Assembly: GCA_028286565.1 (NCBI GenBank)
Contig: JAQBRH010000004.1
Span: forward strand, 122,168-186,167
Source of the DNA: Parcubacteria group bacterium
Lineage (GTDB): Bacteria > Patescibacteriota > Minisyncoccia > Phycocordibacterales > Zambryskibacteraceae
Length of the DNA stretch: 64,000 nucleotides
Reading direction: 5' to 3'
Part shown: piece by piece, positions 1 to 8,645 of the stretch
Layout of the letters: each line of letters opens with the position of its first letter
How positions within the stretch are numbered: position 1 is the first letter of the stretch
Position numbers and translations under genes: made by a program
Notes under the pieces: generated by a model
What the model was told of the DNA's origin: nothing
Database searches by the model: none
Seen by the model: the letters and a program-made list of their open reading frames with translations, nothing else

Positions 1-82
1 GGGCAAAACGCTCGAGCGGAGAAAGAGAGAGCTTGGTTTCTTTGACCGGATTCCGGAGGATCGGACGCTTGTCGCGAACTTC

Positions 83-697
83 TTGAAGCGTCGGAAGCTC
101 GTGTTTGTATTGCATACAGTAATAGTAGGCGGTTCTCGTACGTTAGTAAATAGGACAATATGTGCTATACTCACCCTAATAAACAAAGAATTGCAGACGA
201 CCCGCATTAACCATCGCATTACCGCCCGAGAGCTACGCGTTATCGGACCCGCCGGAGAGAACTTCGGCGTTATCCCTCTCGAGGAAGCCCTCCGCAAAGC
301 CGGAGAGCTTGGCCTTGACCTCATTGAGATCTCCCCTAACGCAAACCCTCCTGTAGCCAAGATCTCGGACTTCGGCAAGTATCAATACGAAGAGAACAAG
401 AAGCAAAAACTGGCCAAATCCAAATCCCATTCGGTCGAAGTAAAGACAGTCCAGGTCAAGCTCGGCACCGGAGACCACGACCTCAGCCTCAAAGCCAGGA
501 AGACCTCAGAGTGGCTCGCCGAGGGTAACCGGGTCAAGGTGGACCTCTTTCTCCCTGGACGAGCCAAGTACCTCGATGAGAAGTTCCTCAAGGAGAGGAT
601 CGAGCGCATGCTGAAGCTCCTCACTGTGCCCCACAAAGTGGCCGCCCCTGCGGTCAAAAGCCCTAAAGGCATGACGGTCATCGTCGAAAAGGCCTAG
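83..697 (+). CDS. infC: Translation initiation factor IF-3
   Basis: The ORF translation (INHRITARELRVIGPAGENFGVIPLEEALRKAGELGLDLIEISPNANPPVAKISDFGKYQYE...) matches the IF-3 N- and C-domains. The frame is open back to the window start. The true start is probably internal, e.g. TTG at 191 just before RINHRITA, and IF-3 classically uses atypical start codons. Confidence 0.85.
   Translation: MKRRKLVFVLHTVIVGGSRTLVNRTICAILTLINKELQTTRINHRITARELRVIGPAGENFGVIPLEEALRKAGELGLDLIEISPNANPPVAKISDFGKYQYEENKKQKLAKSKSHSVEVKTVQVKLGTGDHDLSLKARKTSEWLAEGNRVKVDLFLPGRAKYLDEKFLKERIERMLKLLTVPHKVAAPAVKSPKGMTVIVEKA
143..171 (+). promoter_or_regulatory. Candidate sigma70-type promoter for infC: -35 TTAGTA (143-148), 17-nt spacer, extended -10 TGc-TATACT (163-171)
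   Basis: Hexamers and 17-nt spacing read directly from sequence. A similar TGnTATACT extended -10 recurs upstream of ndk and of the 86-aa gene. Confidence 0.45.
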
Positions 698-785
698 AGA
701 GTCTACATAAACGGCCAAAGCTGGACAAAATCCGGCAAATCCGTAATATATACAACCTAGCCCCACGAGGGCCACTTCTAAAAAT

Positions 786-977
786 ATGGCTATGAAGACC
801 AACAAATCCTACGCGAAACGCCTCAAGGTCACAAAGACCGGTAAGATCTTGGCGCGCAAGACCGGACAGAACCACTTCAATTCCAAGGAGCGCCGAGCCC
901 AGAAGCTCGGAAAGAAGGGAAAGGTCGAATTTCATATGTCGAACAAAGAACGAAGCCGCTTCCTCGTGAACATGTAA
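786..977 (+). CDS. rpmI: 50S ribosomal protein L35
   Basis: 63-aa highly basic protein (MAMKTNKSYAKRLKVTKTGKILARK...) in the canonical position between infC and rplT. Confidence 0.9.
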   Translation: MAMKTNKSYAKRLKVTKTGKILARKTGQNHFNSKERRAQKLGKKGKVEFHMSNKERSRFLVNM

Positions 978-993
978 TCTATTATTTAATCCC

Positions 994-1338
994 ATGACCA
1001 GAGTCAAAAAAGGCGTAAACGCCCTCAAATCCAGACGAAATATCCTCCGAAAGGTAAAAGGATACAGACACGGACGATCGACCAAAGAGCGCCAGGCGAA
1101 CGAGGCCATCTTCCACGCCGGCACTTACGCCTTCGCCCACCGCAGAGACAAGAAGGGAGATTTCCGCCGACTCTGGAACGTCAAGATGAGCGCGAGCCTC
1201 AAAGAGCTTGGAACCTCATACTCGAAGTTCATCAATGCGTTGAAAAAGTCCGAGATCGCCCTCGATCGAAAGATCCTCGCCCACCTCGCCGAATTCCATC
1301 CGGAAACATTCAAAAAGATCGTCGAAACAGCAAAATAA
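994..1338 (+). CDS. rplT: 50S ribosomal protein L20
   Basis: 114-aa basic protein (MTRVKKGVNALKSRRNILRKVKGYRHGRS...) completing the conserved infC-rpmI-rplT operon. Confidence 0.95.
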   Translation: MTRVKKGVNALKSRRNILRKVKGYRHGRSTKERQANEAIFHAGTYAFAHRRDKKGDFRRLWNVKMSASLKELGTSYSKFINALKKSEIALDRKILAHLAEFHPETFKKIVETAK

Positions 1339-1343
1339 AAAAA

Positions 1344-1366
1344 CTCCGGGAAACCGGAGTTTTTTA
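1344..1366. terminator. Bidirectional rho-independent terminator (ctccgg-gaaa-ccggag with flanking A and T runs)
   Basis: Perfect 6-bp GC-rich stem and GAAA loop, followed by TTTTTTATTT on plus and preceded by an A-run. It sits between convergent rplT and a small minus-strand ORF. Confidence 0.7.
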
Positions 1367-1367
1367 T

Positions 1368-1532
1368 TTATCGACTGATCTTGAATCCTATATAAATGCC
1401 GATGATGGCGCCGATGGCGCTGCAGAAGACGCCGGAAAAAGAGAGCGAGCCCGCGCCCCAGAGAGCCGGGACGAAGTTCCCTACCGTAGAACCCACGAAC
1501 ATCCCGAACCATATCATTTGTTTTTGATCCAT
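1368..1532 (-). CDS. Small hydrophobic Gly-rich protein of 54 aa (MDQKQMIWFGMFVGSTVGNFVPALWGAGSLSFSGVFCSAIGAIIGIYIGFKISR)
   Basis: Hand translation of the minus strand: ATG at 1532, TAA at 1368-1370, below the 60-aa cutoff of the ORF track. Single TM-like Gly-zipper peptide, in tight tandem with the downstream gene (3-nt gap). Confidence 0.35.
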   Translation of the reverse strand: MDQKQMIWFGMFVGSTVGNFVPALWGAGSLSFSGVFCSAIGAIIGIYIGFKISR

Positions 1533-1534
1533 GA

Positions 1535-2899
1535 TTATAGATCTAGTTCATAGTGCTTCCCTCTTTCGGGCTGGACGGCGGTGACGCCGAGCTCGTCGTG
1601 AAGGCGCTGACAGAGGAAGGCCGCGGCCCTCGGCTCGCCCATAGCCACGAATACTTTCTTCACCGTCTCCGCTGTGTGAGAAGCAAATTCGACGAGGCCA
1701 TTCGAATCTTTATGCGCGCTGAATCCGTCGATCTTCTCTACGTGAGCGCGAAGCGGGATCCGCTCGCCTTTGATGAATACCTCCTTGCCTCCCTCTTCGA
1801 TGATGCGGCCGAGGGTGCCGACGGCTTGGTAGCCGACGAGGAGAAGGGTGGCGTTCGGATCAGGGAGAAAGGTCATCTCGTGGTTGACGATCCTGCCCGC
1901 GGTCGACATGCCCGATCCGGCCATGATGATCTTCGGTCCGGGAATGCGGACAAGCTCGTGAGACTCGCGCGCCTGGGCGATGGAGCGGAGCTTTGGGAAG
2001 ACAAAGATATCATCTCCGGCTTTGATGTCCGCCTGGACCGACGGCTTATATTCTTTCGAAACCCGTTCATAGATCTGCGTCACTCGGATGGCGAGCGGAG
2101 AGTCGAGGAACACCGGGACGGTCGGGATCTCTTTTGATTCAAAAAGTTCGTTCAGCTTGTACAAGAGGACTTGAGTCCGCTCGAGAGAGAAAACCGGGAT
2201 GAGAAGTGTGCCCTTCTTCTCTATGACTCGTCTGAGGACATCCTTGAATTTTTGGTCCCTGACGGCTTTGTCCTCGTGGTTCCTATCCCCGTACACCGAA
2301 TCCATAAGGAGATAGTCGAGGCCGGAAACGTTCTCAGTGTCTCGAAGCAGGGCCGAAGGAGAGTTGCCCAGATCTCCCGTGAAGAGGATGGATCGGCCCG
2401 AAGAGAATGTAAATTTGTACATGGCCGACCCGAGAATGTGGCCCGCATCAAAAAGTTCGACAGAAAAGCCTTCAAAGTCCTGTTTTGCATGATACTCGAT
2501 CGGACGCCACATATGCATAGTCCGATCAACGTCGTGGGCGGTGTAGAGAGGCAGGGTGCCTTCTCTTCTGGCATTACCTTCGGTGATCTTCGCCGTATCC
2601 ATAAGCATCAATTCGGCGATGGCTTTCGTCTCAGGCGTCGAATAGATGATCCCTTTAAAGCCGTCCTTCACGAGCTTTGGGATCTTGCCGATGTGATCTA
2701 TGTGAGCGTGTGTGATGAAGAGAAGATCGATAAGAGTAGGATCATAATCGAACTTCGAAGCGTTCACTTCATCCGCTCCATGCACGCCCTGAAGCAACCC
2801 GCAGTCGATAAGACATTTTTTAGATCCGGTCTCAAGCAAAAAATTGGCGCCGGTCACGGCCCCGACCCCCCCGTAGCATGTAAGGGCAGGTTTAGACAT
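1535..2899 (-). CDS. MBL-fold beta-CASP family ribonuclease (RNase J / CPSF-like)
   Basis: HxHxDH motif (ITHAHIDHIG), about 450 aa, with the C-terminal beta-CASP region typical of RNA-processing metallo-beta-lactamases. Assigned on motifs only. Confidence 0.8.
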   Translation of the reverse strand: MSKPALTCYGGVGAVTGANFLLETGSKKCLIDCGLLQGVHGADEVNASKFDYDPTLIDLLFITHAHIDHIGKIPKLVKDGFKGIIYSTPETKAIAELMLMDTAKITEGNARREGTLPLYTAHDVDRTMHMWRPIEYHAKQDFEGFSVELFDAGHILGSAMYKFTFSSGRSILFTGDLGNSPSALLRDTENVSGLDYLLMDSVYGDRNHEDKAVRDQKFKDVLRRVIEKKGTLLIPVFSLERTQVLLYKLNELFESKEIPTVPVFLDSPLAIRVTQIYERVSKEYKPSVQADIKAGDDIFVFPKLRSIAQARESHELVRIPGPKIIMAGSGMSTAGRIVNHEMTFLPDPNATLLLVGYQAVGTLGRIIEEGGKEVFIKGERIPLRAHVEKIDGFSAHKDSNGLVEFASHTAETVKKVFVAMGEPRAAAFLCQRLHDELGVTAVQPERGKHYELDL

Positions 2900-3308
2900 A
2901 TCTTTTTATTCCGGCGAGGAACCCCGCGAGCGCGCCGCCGAACGTGTCCGCCAAGAGATCATGAAATGTATCGAGCGCATATCCTTCGGTCGACTGGGTC
3001 AGGCCGTTTGCATACTCAAAGAGCTCCCATCCTGCTCCGACGACAACGGTCAAGAAGAGCGAGGTAAAGAATATTTTCTTCCTGCTCGGCAGCTCCGAGC
3101 CGAAGATCCCCGAATACAGAGAGAGCCACACCATGAAAAATCCGACGCCTACCCCTCCGGTGAAGTGCACAAGGTTATCGAACCACCACGCCGTCCAATA
3201 CAGATACAGATAGCTGCCCAAAAGGTGCAAGATGAACATAAGAAAAAAGAGCCCGAGAGAAACAAAAAGGAATTTAGACTTCATGTGATCATTATAACCC
3301 TTCGACAA
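2892..3308 (-). CDS. Integral membrane protein of unknown function (4 predicted TM segments)
   Basis: Hydrophobic ORF ending 2 nt upstream of the beta-CASP gene start. The track start is TTG at 3308. The internal ATG at 3284 (MKSKFLFVSLGLFF...) lies 6 nt downstream of a perfect TATAAT, suggesting a leaderless start. Confidence 0.6.
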   Translation of the reverse strand: MSKGYNDHMKSKFLFVSLGLFFLMFILHLLGSYLYLYWTAWWFDNLVHFTGGVGVGFFMVWLSLYSGIFGSELPSRKKIFFTSLFLTVVVGAGWELFEYANGLTQSTEGYALDTFHDLLADTFGGALAGFLAGIKRYV

Positions 3309-3320
3309 GCTTAGGGTAAA
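3291..3320 (-). promoter_or_regulatory. Candidate promoter: -35 TTTACC, 17-nt spacer, -10 TTATAAT; ATG 6 nt downstream (leaderless)
   Basis: Read on the minus strand: ctgTTTACC-ctaagcttgtcgaaggg-TTATAAT-gatcac-ATG. Confidence 0.45.
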
Positions 3321-3333
3321 CAGATACTAAAAA

Positions 3334-3357
3334 TCTGCTCCGAAGAGCAGAGTTTTA
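3334..3357. terminator. Bidirectional terminator hairpin tctgctc-cgaa-gagcaga with A-run and T-run flanks
   Basis: 7-bp stem plus tetraloop, flanked by aaaaa and gtttta; lies downstream of ndk on the minus strand. Confidence 0.6.
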
Positions 3358-3546
3358 GTAGGGTTATTTTCAGTATACCCTAGTTATAAAACTAGGTGGG
3401 TGCCCGCAATTCGTGACCAAGATCTCGAATGATGTAAGACTCCCTGAAAAAAGTTTGCTAGATAATACCTCAAATAACCCTTGCCATATTATACTCTCCC
3501 CGTCCTTCTTGGGAACCTGAAAACCTCTGGATAAGAGAGTACGAAA

Positions 3547-4149
3547 TTATTCGAGAATGCCGTCAATGTTCGCATCGTAGAGTATCTTCTCTTGGATCGA
3601 TGTATAGCCGATGAGCTCTTCGGGTCTCCACCAGATCTGTATCTCCCGCTCGGCTTCTTCTATCTTGTCTGAACAGTGCATGAGGTTCCTGACCGCTCGG
3701 CCGTCGACGTTGGCTATCTCATATGAATCGAGGGTAAGGTCTCCTCGGATAGTGCCGACGTCGGAGGTGGTAGGTTCGGTGCCACCGACGAGCTTTTTCA
3801 CGATATCCACCGCCTTGTTGCCTTCTACAACGAATCCGACGATCGGCCCGAGAGTGAAGTATCTATAAAGAGCGTCCAAAATGCCTCGACCGTATTCGAG
3901 AGCGGTCTTTTCTGCGGTTCCGCCGTTCTTAATGAGAGCATCAATGGTCCTCTGCCCCGCCTTCTCACACCAAGCGTCGTCCTTGCCATAATGTTCGACG
4001 GTTTTGTCCATAGCCGGGACGAACATCTTGAGCCCGACGATCTTGAGACCGGTCCGCTCGATCCGGCTGATGATCTCCCCTACGAGTCCCCGCTGTACGC
4101 CGTCGTGCTTCACCACCACGAATGTCCGCTCTTTCTTTGGATGATTCAT
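3547..4149 (-). CDS. ndk: Nucleoside diphosphate kinase (long form with an insertion)
   Basis: N-terminal ERTFVVVKHDGVQRGLVGEIISRIERTGLKIVGLKM is the classic NDK fold signature. The protein is 200 aa, longer than the typical ~140. Confidence 0.9.
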   Translation of the reverse strand: MNHPKKERTFVVVKHDGVQRGLVGEIISRIERTGLKIVGLKMFVPAMDKTVEHYGKDDAWCEKAGQRTIDALIKNGGTAEKTALEYGRGILDALYRYFTLGPIVGFVVEGNKAVDIVKKLVGGTEPTTSDVGTIRGDLTLDSYEIANVDGRAVRNLMHCSDKIEEAEREIQIWWRPEELIGYTSIQEKILYDANIDGILE

Positions 4150-4167
4150 ATGATTTTGTTAGAAAAT

Positions 4168-4177
4168 GAGTATACCA
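4168..4177 (-). promoter_or_regulatory. Extended -10 element TGGTATACT upstream of ndk
   Basis: Minus-strand read ctgGTATACTcat. The start codon lies 19 nt downstream, after a terminator that closes the upstream gene. Confidence 0.4.
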
Positions 4178-4183
4178 GACCCA

Positions 4184-4217
4184 ATAAAAAAAGCTCGCCC
4201 TACACGGAGACGAGCTT
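4184..4217 (-). terminator. Terminator hairpin (aagctcg...cgagctt) overlapping the stop codon of the 111-aa gene, followed by a T-run on minus
   Basis: 7-bp stem; the minus strand reads hairpin then tttttttattggg. Confidence 0.5.
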
Positions 4218-4535
4218 GGAAAGAATGCCCCCGACGAGCTGCTTGGTGGGGAGCTTCCCGAAATGAGGCTCGGGGATCGGATCGATGACGCTGACCATGA
4301 AGGCCACCTCGAGGAGCTCCTTCCTAAGGGCGGACAAGAGGGACGGGGCCGCGTTCTTGTCCTCATCATCATACGGTCCGCAGGTGAACTCCTGGCCTTT
4401 GAATTCCACGTGTATGCAGTACATCGGACTCTCCGGAGGGGGTGTCTCGCGGTAGCTTACTATACCCACAACGCTCGCGCCAGCAAAAGAAAAACCGCCA
4501 AGCACGTGAGGTGCGGCGGCTATTAAGAAGGACAT
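4200..4535 (-). CDS. Hypothetical protein (111 aa)
   Basis: ORF whose start overlaps the upstream 146-aa gene by 13 nt (translational coupling) and which ends in a terminator; no recognisable motifs. Confidence 0.45.
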   Translation of the reverse strand: MSFLIAAAPHVLGGFSFAGASVVGIVSYRETPPPESPMYCIHVEFKGQEFTCGPYDDEDKNAAPSLLSALRKELLEVAFMVSVIDPIPEPHFGKLPTKQLVGGILSKLVSV

Positions 4536-4963
4536 AACTCTAAATAAAAGAAATTGTGCGCTCGAAGAAACTCAACCAGCTCTCCTGAAGTGAGGCTGCG
4601 TCCAAGCTCCTTCTGAACAGCTAGCACCTCAGCGGCAATTAAGGCACGCTTAGTGTGCCTTGCAGAAAAACCCTGAGCTTGAAATTCTTCTACTCGGCTC
4701 GCCCACTCTCTGGTCCAAATTGAGAACCTGGACATAGGACGGAAACGGTTATTCGCGTCATCCCACACACGCACAGCGCGCAATCCCCGCAATCTGTCAT
4801 GAGGGTTTATACCGTGCTTGTTGCATTGTTGTCTTGCCCACTCTCGTGTTCGGTCAAAAATAAGTCCAATGTCGTGGAGGGAATATTGCTCTTCCTCAAT
4901 CAGCAACCTAAGTGAGGGCACGAAGTCTTTATGGCTCACAAGAGAGCTCGCCTTACGTCCCAT
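4523..4963 (-). CDS. Hypothetical protein (146 aa) with a C-terminal helix-turn-helix-like segment
   Basis: C-terminal TKRALIAAEVLAVQKELGRSLTSGELVEFLRAHNF resembles a DNA-binding HTH. Assigned on pattern only. Confidence 0.45.
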   Translation of the reverse strand: MGRKASSLVSHKDFVPSLRLLIEEEQYSLHDIGLIFDRTREWARQQCNKHGINPHDRLRGLRAVRVWDDANNRFRPMSRFSIWTREWASRVEEFQAQGFSARHTKRALIAAEVLAVQKELGRSLTSGELVEFLRAHNFFYLELCPS

Positions 4964-5031
4964 GAGGCTCCTATGGAAAAGAACGGGGGAATTTTTATCT
5001 AAGGTTATTATATCACACTTATTATAAAAAT

Positions 5032-5817
5032 CTAGTCCCTCGTCAAAACGATGTTTCCTTCTTCGGTGATGGCCACTGTATGCTCAAAATGGGCGCTCCT
5101 TGAGCCGTCCTTGGTCTTTATCGTATATCCGTCGTCCGTCAGTTTGATGCCCGGCTTGCCGATGTTCACCATCGGCTCTATAGCTATGACCATGCCCGGG
5201 ACAAGCTTCTCGCCTTTCCCCGCCCGTCCGAAATTCGGCACGTAGGGATCCTCGTGGACCGCATATCCGACGCCGTGTCCGACCAGATCTTCGGCCAGAG
5301 AGAACCTGGATGCATTCACAACATCGGTGATAGCTTCGCCGATATCTCCGATGTGGCTTCCCGGCTGTGCGGCACTGATCCCCGCTTCGAGCGCGACCTT
5401 CGTCACCTGGAGAAGCGTTCGGGCTTCATCGTCTATGGCCCCTACTCCGACCGTGATCGCCGAATCGGTGAACAGCCCTTTATGAATGATAGAAAGATCG
5501 ATGGTCACGATGTCCCCCTGCTTCAAGACCTTCGGGACTTCGTTCGGGATACCGTGCACGATCTCGTCGTTTATTGAAACGCAGAGCACCGCGGGGAACG
5601 GCCGTGAAGCGCCCTCGGGCCGATAGCCGAGATGAGCCGGCTTGTCCCCTCCTTCTCGGACAAGTCGCGCCGCCTCTTCTTCGAGGATAAGGGTCGACAT
5701 CCCCGGTTCGACCATTTCGGCGAGGGCGCGAAGAATTTCCGCGTGGCGCTTGCCTCCTTCGCGGAGAATTTCTATCTCTTCTCTGGTCTTAGTTTTTATC
5801 ATACTGATATTTGGCAA
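5032..5817 (-). CDS. map: Methionine aminopeptidase type I
   Basis: Pita-bread fold motifs (GIPN...DIVTIDL...HGVGYAVHE...IAIEPM...EHTV). The likely true start is MIKTKT at 5799. Confidence 0.95.
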   Translation of the reverse strand: MPNISMIKTKTREEIEILREGGKRHAEILRALAEMVEPGMSTLILEEEAARLVREGGDKPAHLGYRPEGASRPFPAVLCVSINDEIVHGIPNEVPKVLKQGDIVTIDLSIIHKGLFTDSAITVGVGAIDDEARTLLQVTKVALEAGISAAQPGSHIGDIGEAITDVVNASRFSLAEDLVGHGVGYAVHEDPYVPNFGRAGKGEKLVPGMVIAIEPMVNIGKPGIKLTDDGYTIKTKDGSRSAHFEHTVAITEEGNIVLTRD

Positions 5818-6397
5818 TGATGTCCGAGTGGACCTTCTCGATCGGCTGTTCGCCGTTCACTTCGATGTAGAGGTAGTCCGAATTATGCTTATAGTACTCG
5901 ATGGCCGGCACGACATCCTTCTCAAACCAATCGAGCCGCTTGTTTATCTTCGCAAGCGTCGTGTCGTCCATGCGCCCTCGGGCGAGGAGATGCGTCTCCG
6001 ACCATTTCCTGCCGACCTCGATGTTGATGACCACGGGCCGTTCGCGCTTGTAGAATTTGATCGCCGTATCGAGCATTTCCGCCTCCGGCCTCGAACGAGG
6101 CGCTCCGTCGAAGATAAGATGCATATCGGCTTCGAGCTCGGAGAGAAGCATGTCTCCCCACATGAGCCCCGCAAGGAATGCCGGCTGAAGCGTGCCCTGC
6201 TCGTAGATATCTTTGGAAAGCTTGGCGGAAAAGGTCTTCTCGCGGATAAATGAGCGGAATTTTTCTCCTGTTTCCACATAGAGGATCTGCCGCTTCTCTT
6301 TGTCCAAGAGATTAATGCGGTTGCGAATGAGCGTGGCTTGCGTGCCCTTGCCCGAGCCGGAACGGCCGATAAGAATAATAGTAGTGAGTTCCACCAC
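5789..6397 (-). CDS. adk: Adenylate kinase
   Basis: P-loop GRSGSGKGTQA with NMP-binding and LID regions, in the canonical position downstream of secY. Confidence 0.95.
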   Translation of the reverse strand: MVELTTIILIGRSGSGKGTQATLIRNRINLLDKEKRQILYVETGEKFRSFIREKTFSAKLSKDIYEQGTLQPAFLAGLMWGDMLLSELEADMHLIFDGAPRSRPEAEMLDTAIKFYKRERPVVINIEVGRKWSETHLLARGRMDDTTLAKINKRLDWFEKDVVPAIEYYKHNSDYLYIEVNGEQPIEKVHSDIIAKYQYDKN

Positions 6398-6414
6398 CTT
6401 ATTCTACCTTACTC

Positions 6415-7686
6415 TTAATATTCTTTAACGGAAATTTGCGCATCGATCTTCTTGACGAGATCGATAACCACCGACACGACGATGAGGAGCGCGGTGCCTC
6501 CGATAGCGAGCGACTGAATGCCCGTGATCGCCTTGAGGATGAGAGGGAGGACGGCGATGAATCCGAGGAAGAGTGCTCCGACGAGGGTAAGGCGGGTCAG
6601 GATGCGAGAGATATAGTCTGCGGTCGGCTGGCCCGGTCGAACTCCGGGGATGAAGGCGCCTGATTTCTGAAGGTTCGTTGAGATCTGATCCGGATCAAAG
6701 GTAACGGCGGTGTAGAAGTAGGTGAAGAGGAAGACCAGGATGAAGTAGGCGATAGCATAGAAAAGCTGATTAGCCAGAAGGCCAAGAAGCACCGTCGAGA
6801 TGTGCTTGACCGCCGCAACCGAAGAATTAACCAAGAACTGGAGGATCATCTGCGGGAAGAGAAGGATCGAAAGGGCGAAGATGATCGGAATAACGCCGGC
6901 CTGGTTCACGCGAAGCGGAAGGTATGTTGATACTCCTCCTGAAGAAGCACCGCCTCTTGCCTGCTTGGCATAGGTGATGGGGATCGGCCGCTCGGCTTCG
7001 GTGATGTAGACCACCCCGAAGATCACAAGGAGGGTGACGACGATGCCGACGGCGTAGACCGGAAGGAGGGCGGGGGTAAAGGTGATCTGAAGCTGGGCAA
7101 GGCTCGCCGGAAGGCGCGAGACGATACCCGCAAAGATGATAAGGGAAATTCCGTTCCCCGCTCCGAATTCGCTAATGAGCTCGCCGAGCCAGACGAGGAG
7201 CATCGAACCCGCCACGACGACCAGGATGTCGAGGGCAAAGGCCGAGAATGAGAGATGAGGAAGCACTCCCTGTCTTTGGAAGAGAACGATGAAAGAGAAG
7301 GCCTGAAGAACCGCCAAAGGGACCGAGAGGAGGCGGGAGTATTGCGCAAAGCGCCGTCGTCCGGCATCGCCTTCGTCCTGATACATGGCTTTCATCTTGG
7401 GCACCATGAACGTCAGGAGCTGCATGATGATCGAGGCGGTGATGAACGGGCCGACCCCGAGCATGACGACCGAGAGCGTCGAGAGGCCGCCTCCGGAGAA
7501 AATATTCAAAAGGTTCAAGAACTGGCTGCCGTTAAAGAGGCTCTGCAGACGAGCGGCGTCGATGCCCGGGATCGGGATGACCGCCAGCACTCGTGAGGCG
7601 ACCAAAAGCCCGAGGGTAACGATTATCCTACGACGCAAGGTATCGTCCATAAAGACGAGCCGTAATTTTTCAAAAAAGGCCTTCAT
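6415..7686 (-). CDS. secY: Preprotein translocase subunit SecY
   Basis: 423-aa 10-TM protein with SecY signature regions, at the end of the spc operon. Confidence 0.97.
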   Translation of the reverse strand: MKAFFEKLRLVFMDDTLRRRIIVTLGLLVASRVLAVIPIPGIDAARLQSLFNGSQFLNLLNIFSGGGLSTLSVVMLGVGPFITASIIMQLLTFMVPKMKAMYQDEGDAGRRRFAQYSRLLSVPLAVLQAFSFIVLFQRQGVLPHLSFSAFALDILVVVAGSMLLVWLGELISEFGAGNGISLIIFAGIVSRLPASLAQLQITFTPALLPVYAVGIVVTLLVIFGVVYITEAERPIPITYAKQARGGASSGGVSTYLPLRVNQAGVIPIIFALSILLFPQMILQFLVNSSVAAVKHISTVLLGLLANQLFYAIAYFILVFLFTYFYTAVTFDPDQISTNLQKSGAFIPGVRPGQPTADYISRILTRLTLVGALFLGFIAVLPLILKAITGIQSLAIGGTALLIVVSVVIDLVKKIDAQISVKEY

Positions 7687-7691
7687 GGTAG

Positions 7692-7970
7692 TTAGGCGTT
7701 AGGAGCCTTCTTCGCACGCTTCTCGGCGAGATGAGCCCGGAGCGATGCGCCGACAAGCTTAACCTCTCGTGACTTGAATGAGTTTTTGCCTCGTCCGCGA
7801 AGCTTTGGGAAGCGCTTGATGAAATCGCGAAGTTCAGGGCGCTTCTTGCGTCCGGCTCGAGCGTTCTGACCTTTGGTCCCCTTTCCGCTGGTCTTTCCGC
7901 GAGTACCGCCTCGTCCAACCTGCTGAGAGGTTACGCGCTTGGTCCTGGCTTTAAGTGTGTGAGACTGCAT
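7692..7970 (-). CDS. rplO: 50S ribosomal protein L15 (short form)
   Basis: N-terminal GRGGTRGKTSGKGTKGQNARAG Gly/Arg-rich L15 signature, but only 92 aa; sits between secY and rpsE. Confidence 0.75.
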   Translation of the reverse strand: MQSHTLKARTKRVTSQQVGRGGTRGKTSGKGTKGQNARAGRKKRPELRDFIKRFPKLRGRGKNSFKSREVKLVGASLRAHLAEKRAKKAPNA

Positions 7971-7990
7971 AAAATTATGTATAGTGAAAA

Positions 7991-8641
7991 CTATTTTGAA
8001 GGTCTGATCTTCGTGTGTTCGAGCTGCCTCAAAGCTTCGATGGCAACATAGGCATTGTTGATGCTGTTCTTCGATCGGGACAAGAGCTTGGAAGAAACTT
8101 CCTTGATGCCCGCGAGTTCGAGGACGGTTCGGATGCTTGATCCGGCGAGCATTCCCTTGCCCGGAGCGGGCATGATCTTCACTCGGGAAGCCGCGTACTT
8201 GGCCTCGATCTCATGAGGAATGGACATGTTCGCGGTGGTGTTCACTTTGATCATGTTCTTCTTTGCGTCTCGGAAAGCCTTCTCGATAGCGAGCGGAGTG
8301 TCCGTCGCCTTTCCTTGTCCGACTCCGACGACGCCCTTCCTGTTACCTGCAACGACGCAGACAGAGAAAGCGAATCGGCGTCCTCCGGAGGTCACTCGAG
8401 TCACGCGCCTGAGGCTCACGATCTTTTGATCAAATTCGGGCTTCTGTCTTGTGTCTCGGCGAGGGCCTCGATTTCGTTGGCCGCTCTTTCCTCCTCTGCC
8501 TCGATCCCCTCCTCTGTCGCCTCCGCGTCCGCGAGATCGATCGAATTCAGGAGCTGGGGCAGCGGCCTGGACCAGAGGAACAACCGCTTCGGCGATCGGA
8601 GCTTCGGTAACTGCTGCGGTTGGGATGATTGTTTCGTCCAT
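7991..8641 (-). CDS. rpsE: 30S ribosomal protein S5 with an N-terminal low-complexity extension
   Basis: Core FDQKIVSLRRVTRVTSGGRRFAFSVCVVAGNRKGVVGVGQGKA matches S5. The ~60-aa N-terminal extension is rich in A/G/R/D. Confidence 0.95.
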   Translation of the reverse strand: MDETIIPTAAVTEAPIAEAVVPLVQAAAPAPEFDRSRGRGGDRGGDRGRGGKSGQRNRGPRRDTRQKPEFDQKIVSLRRVTRVTSGGRRFAFSVCVVAGNRKGVVGVGQGKATDTPLAIEKAFRDAKKNMIKVNTTANMSIPHEIEAKYAASRVKIMPAPGKGMLAGSSIRTVLELAGIKEVSSKLLSRSKNSINNAYVAIEALRQLEHTKIRPSK

Positions 8642-8645
8642 TGTT

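Noticed and set aside
1-190. Open reading frame continuing from the window start into infC (possible thrS 3' end or a long IF-3 N-terminus)
   Set aside because: The translated segment (GKTLERRKRELGFFDRIPEDRTLVANFLKRRKL...) has no ThrRS or IF-3 features, and a good promoter (143-171) sits inside it. It was therefore treated as untranslated leader, and the infC start placed near 191.
2171-3067. 298-aa plus-strand ORF across the beta-CASP ribonuclease gene
   Set aside because: It is antisense to a gene with clear MBL/beta-CASP motifs and has no motifs of its own.
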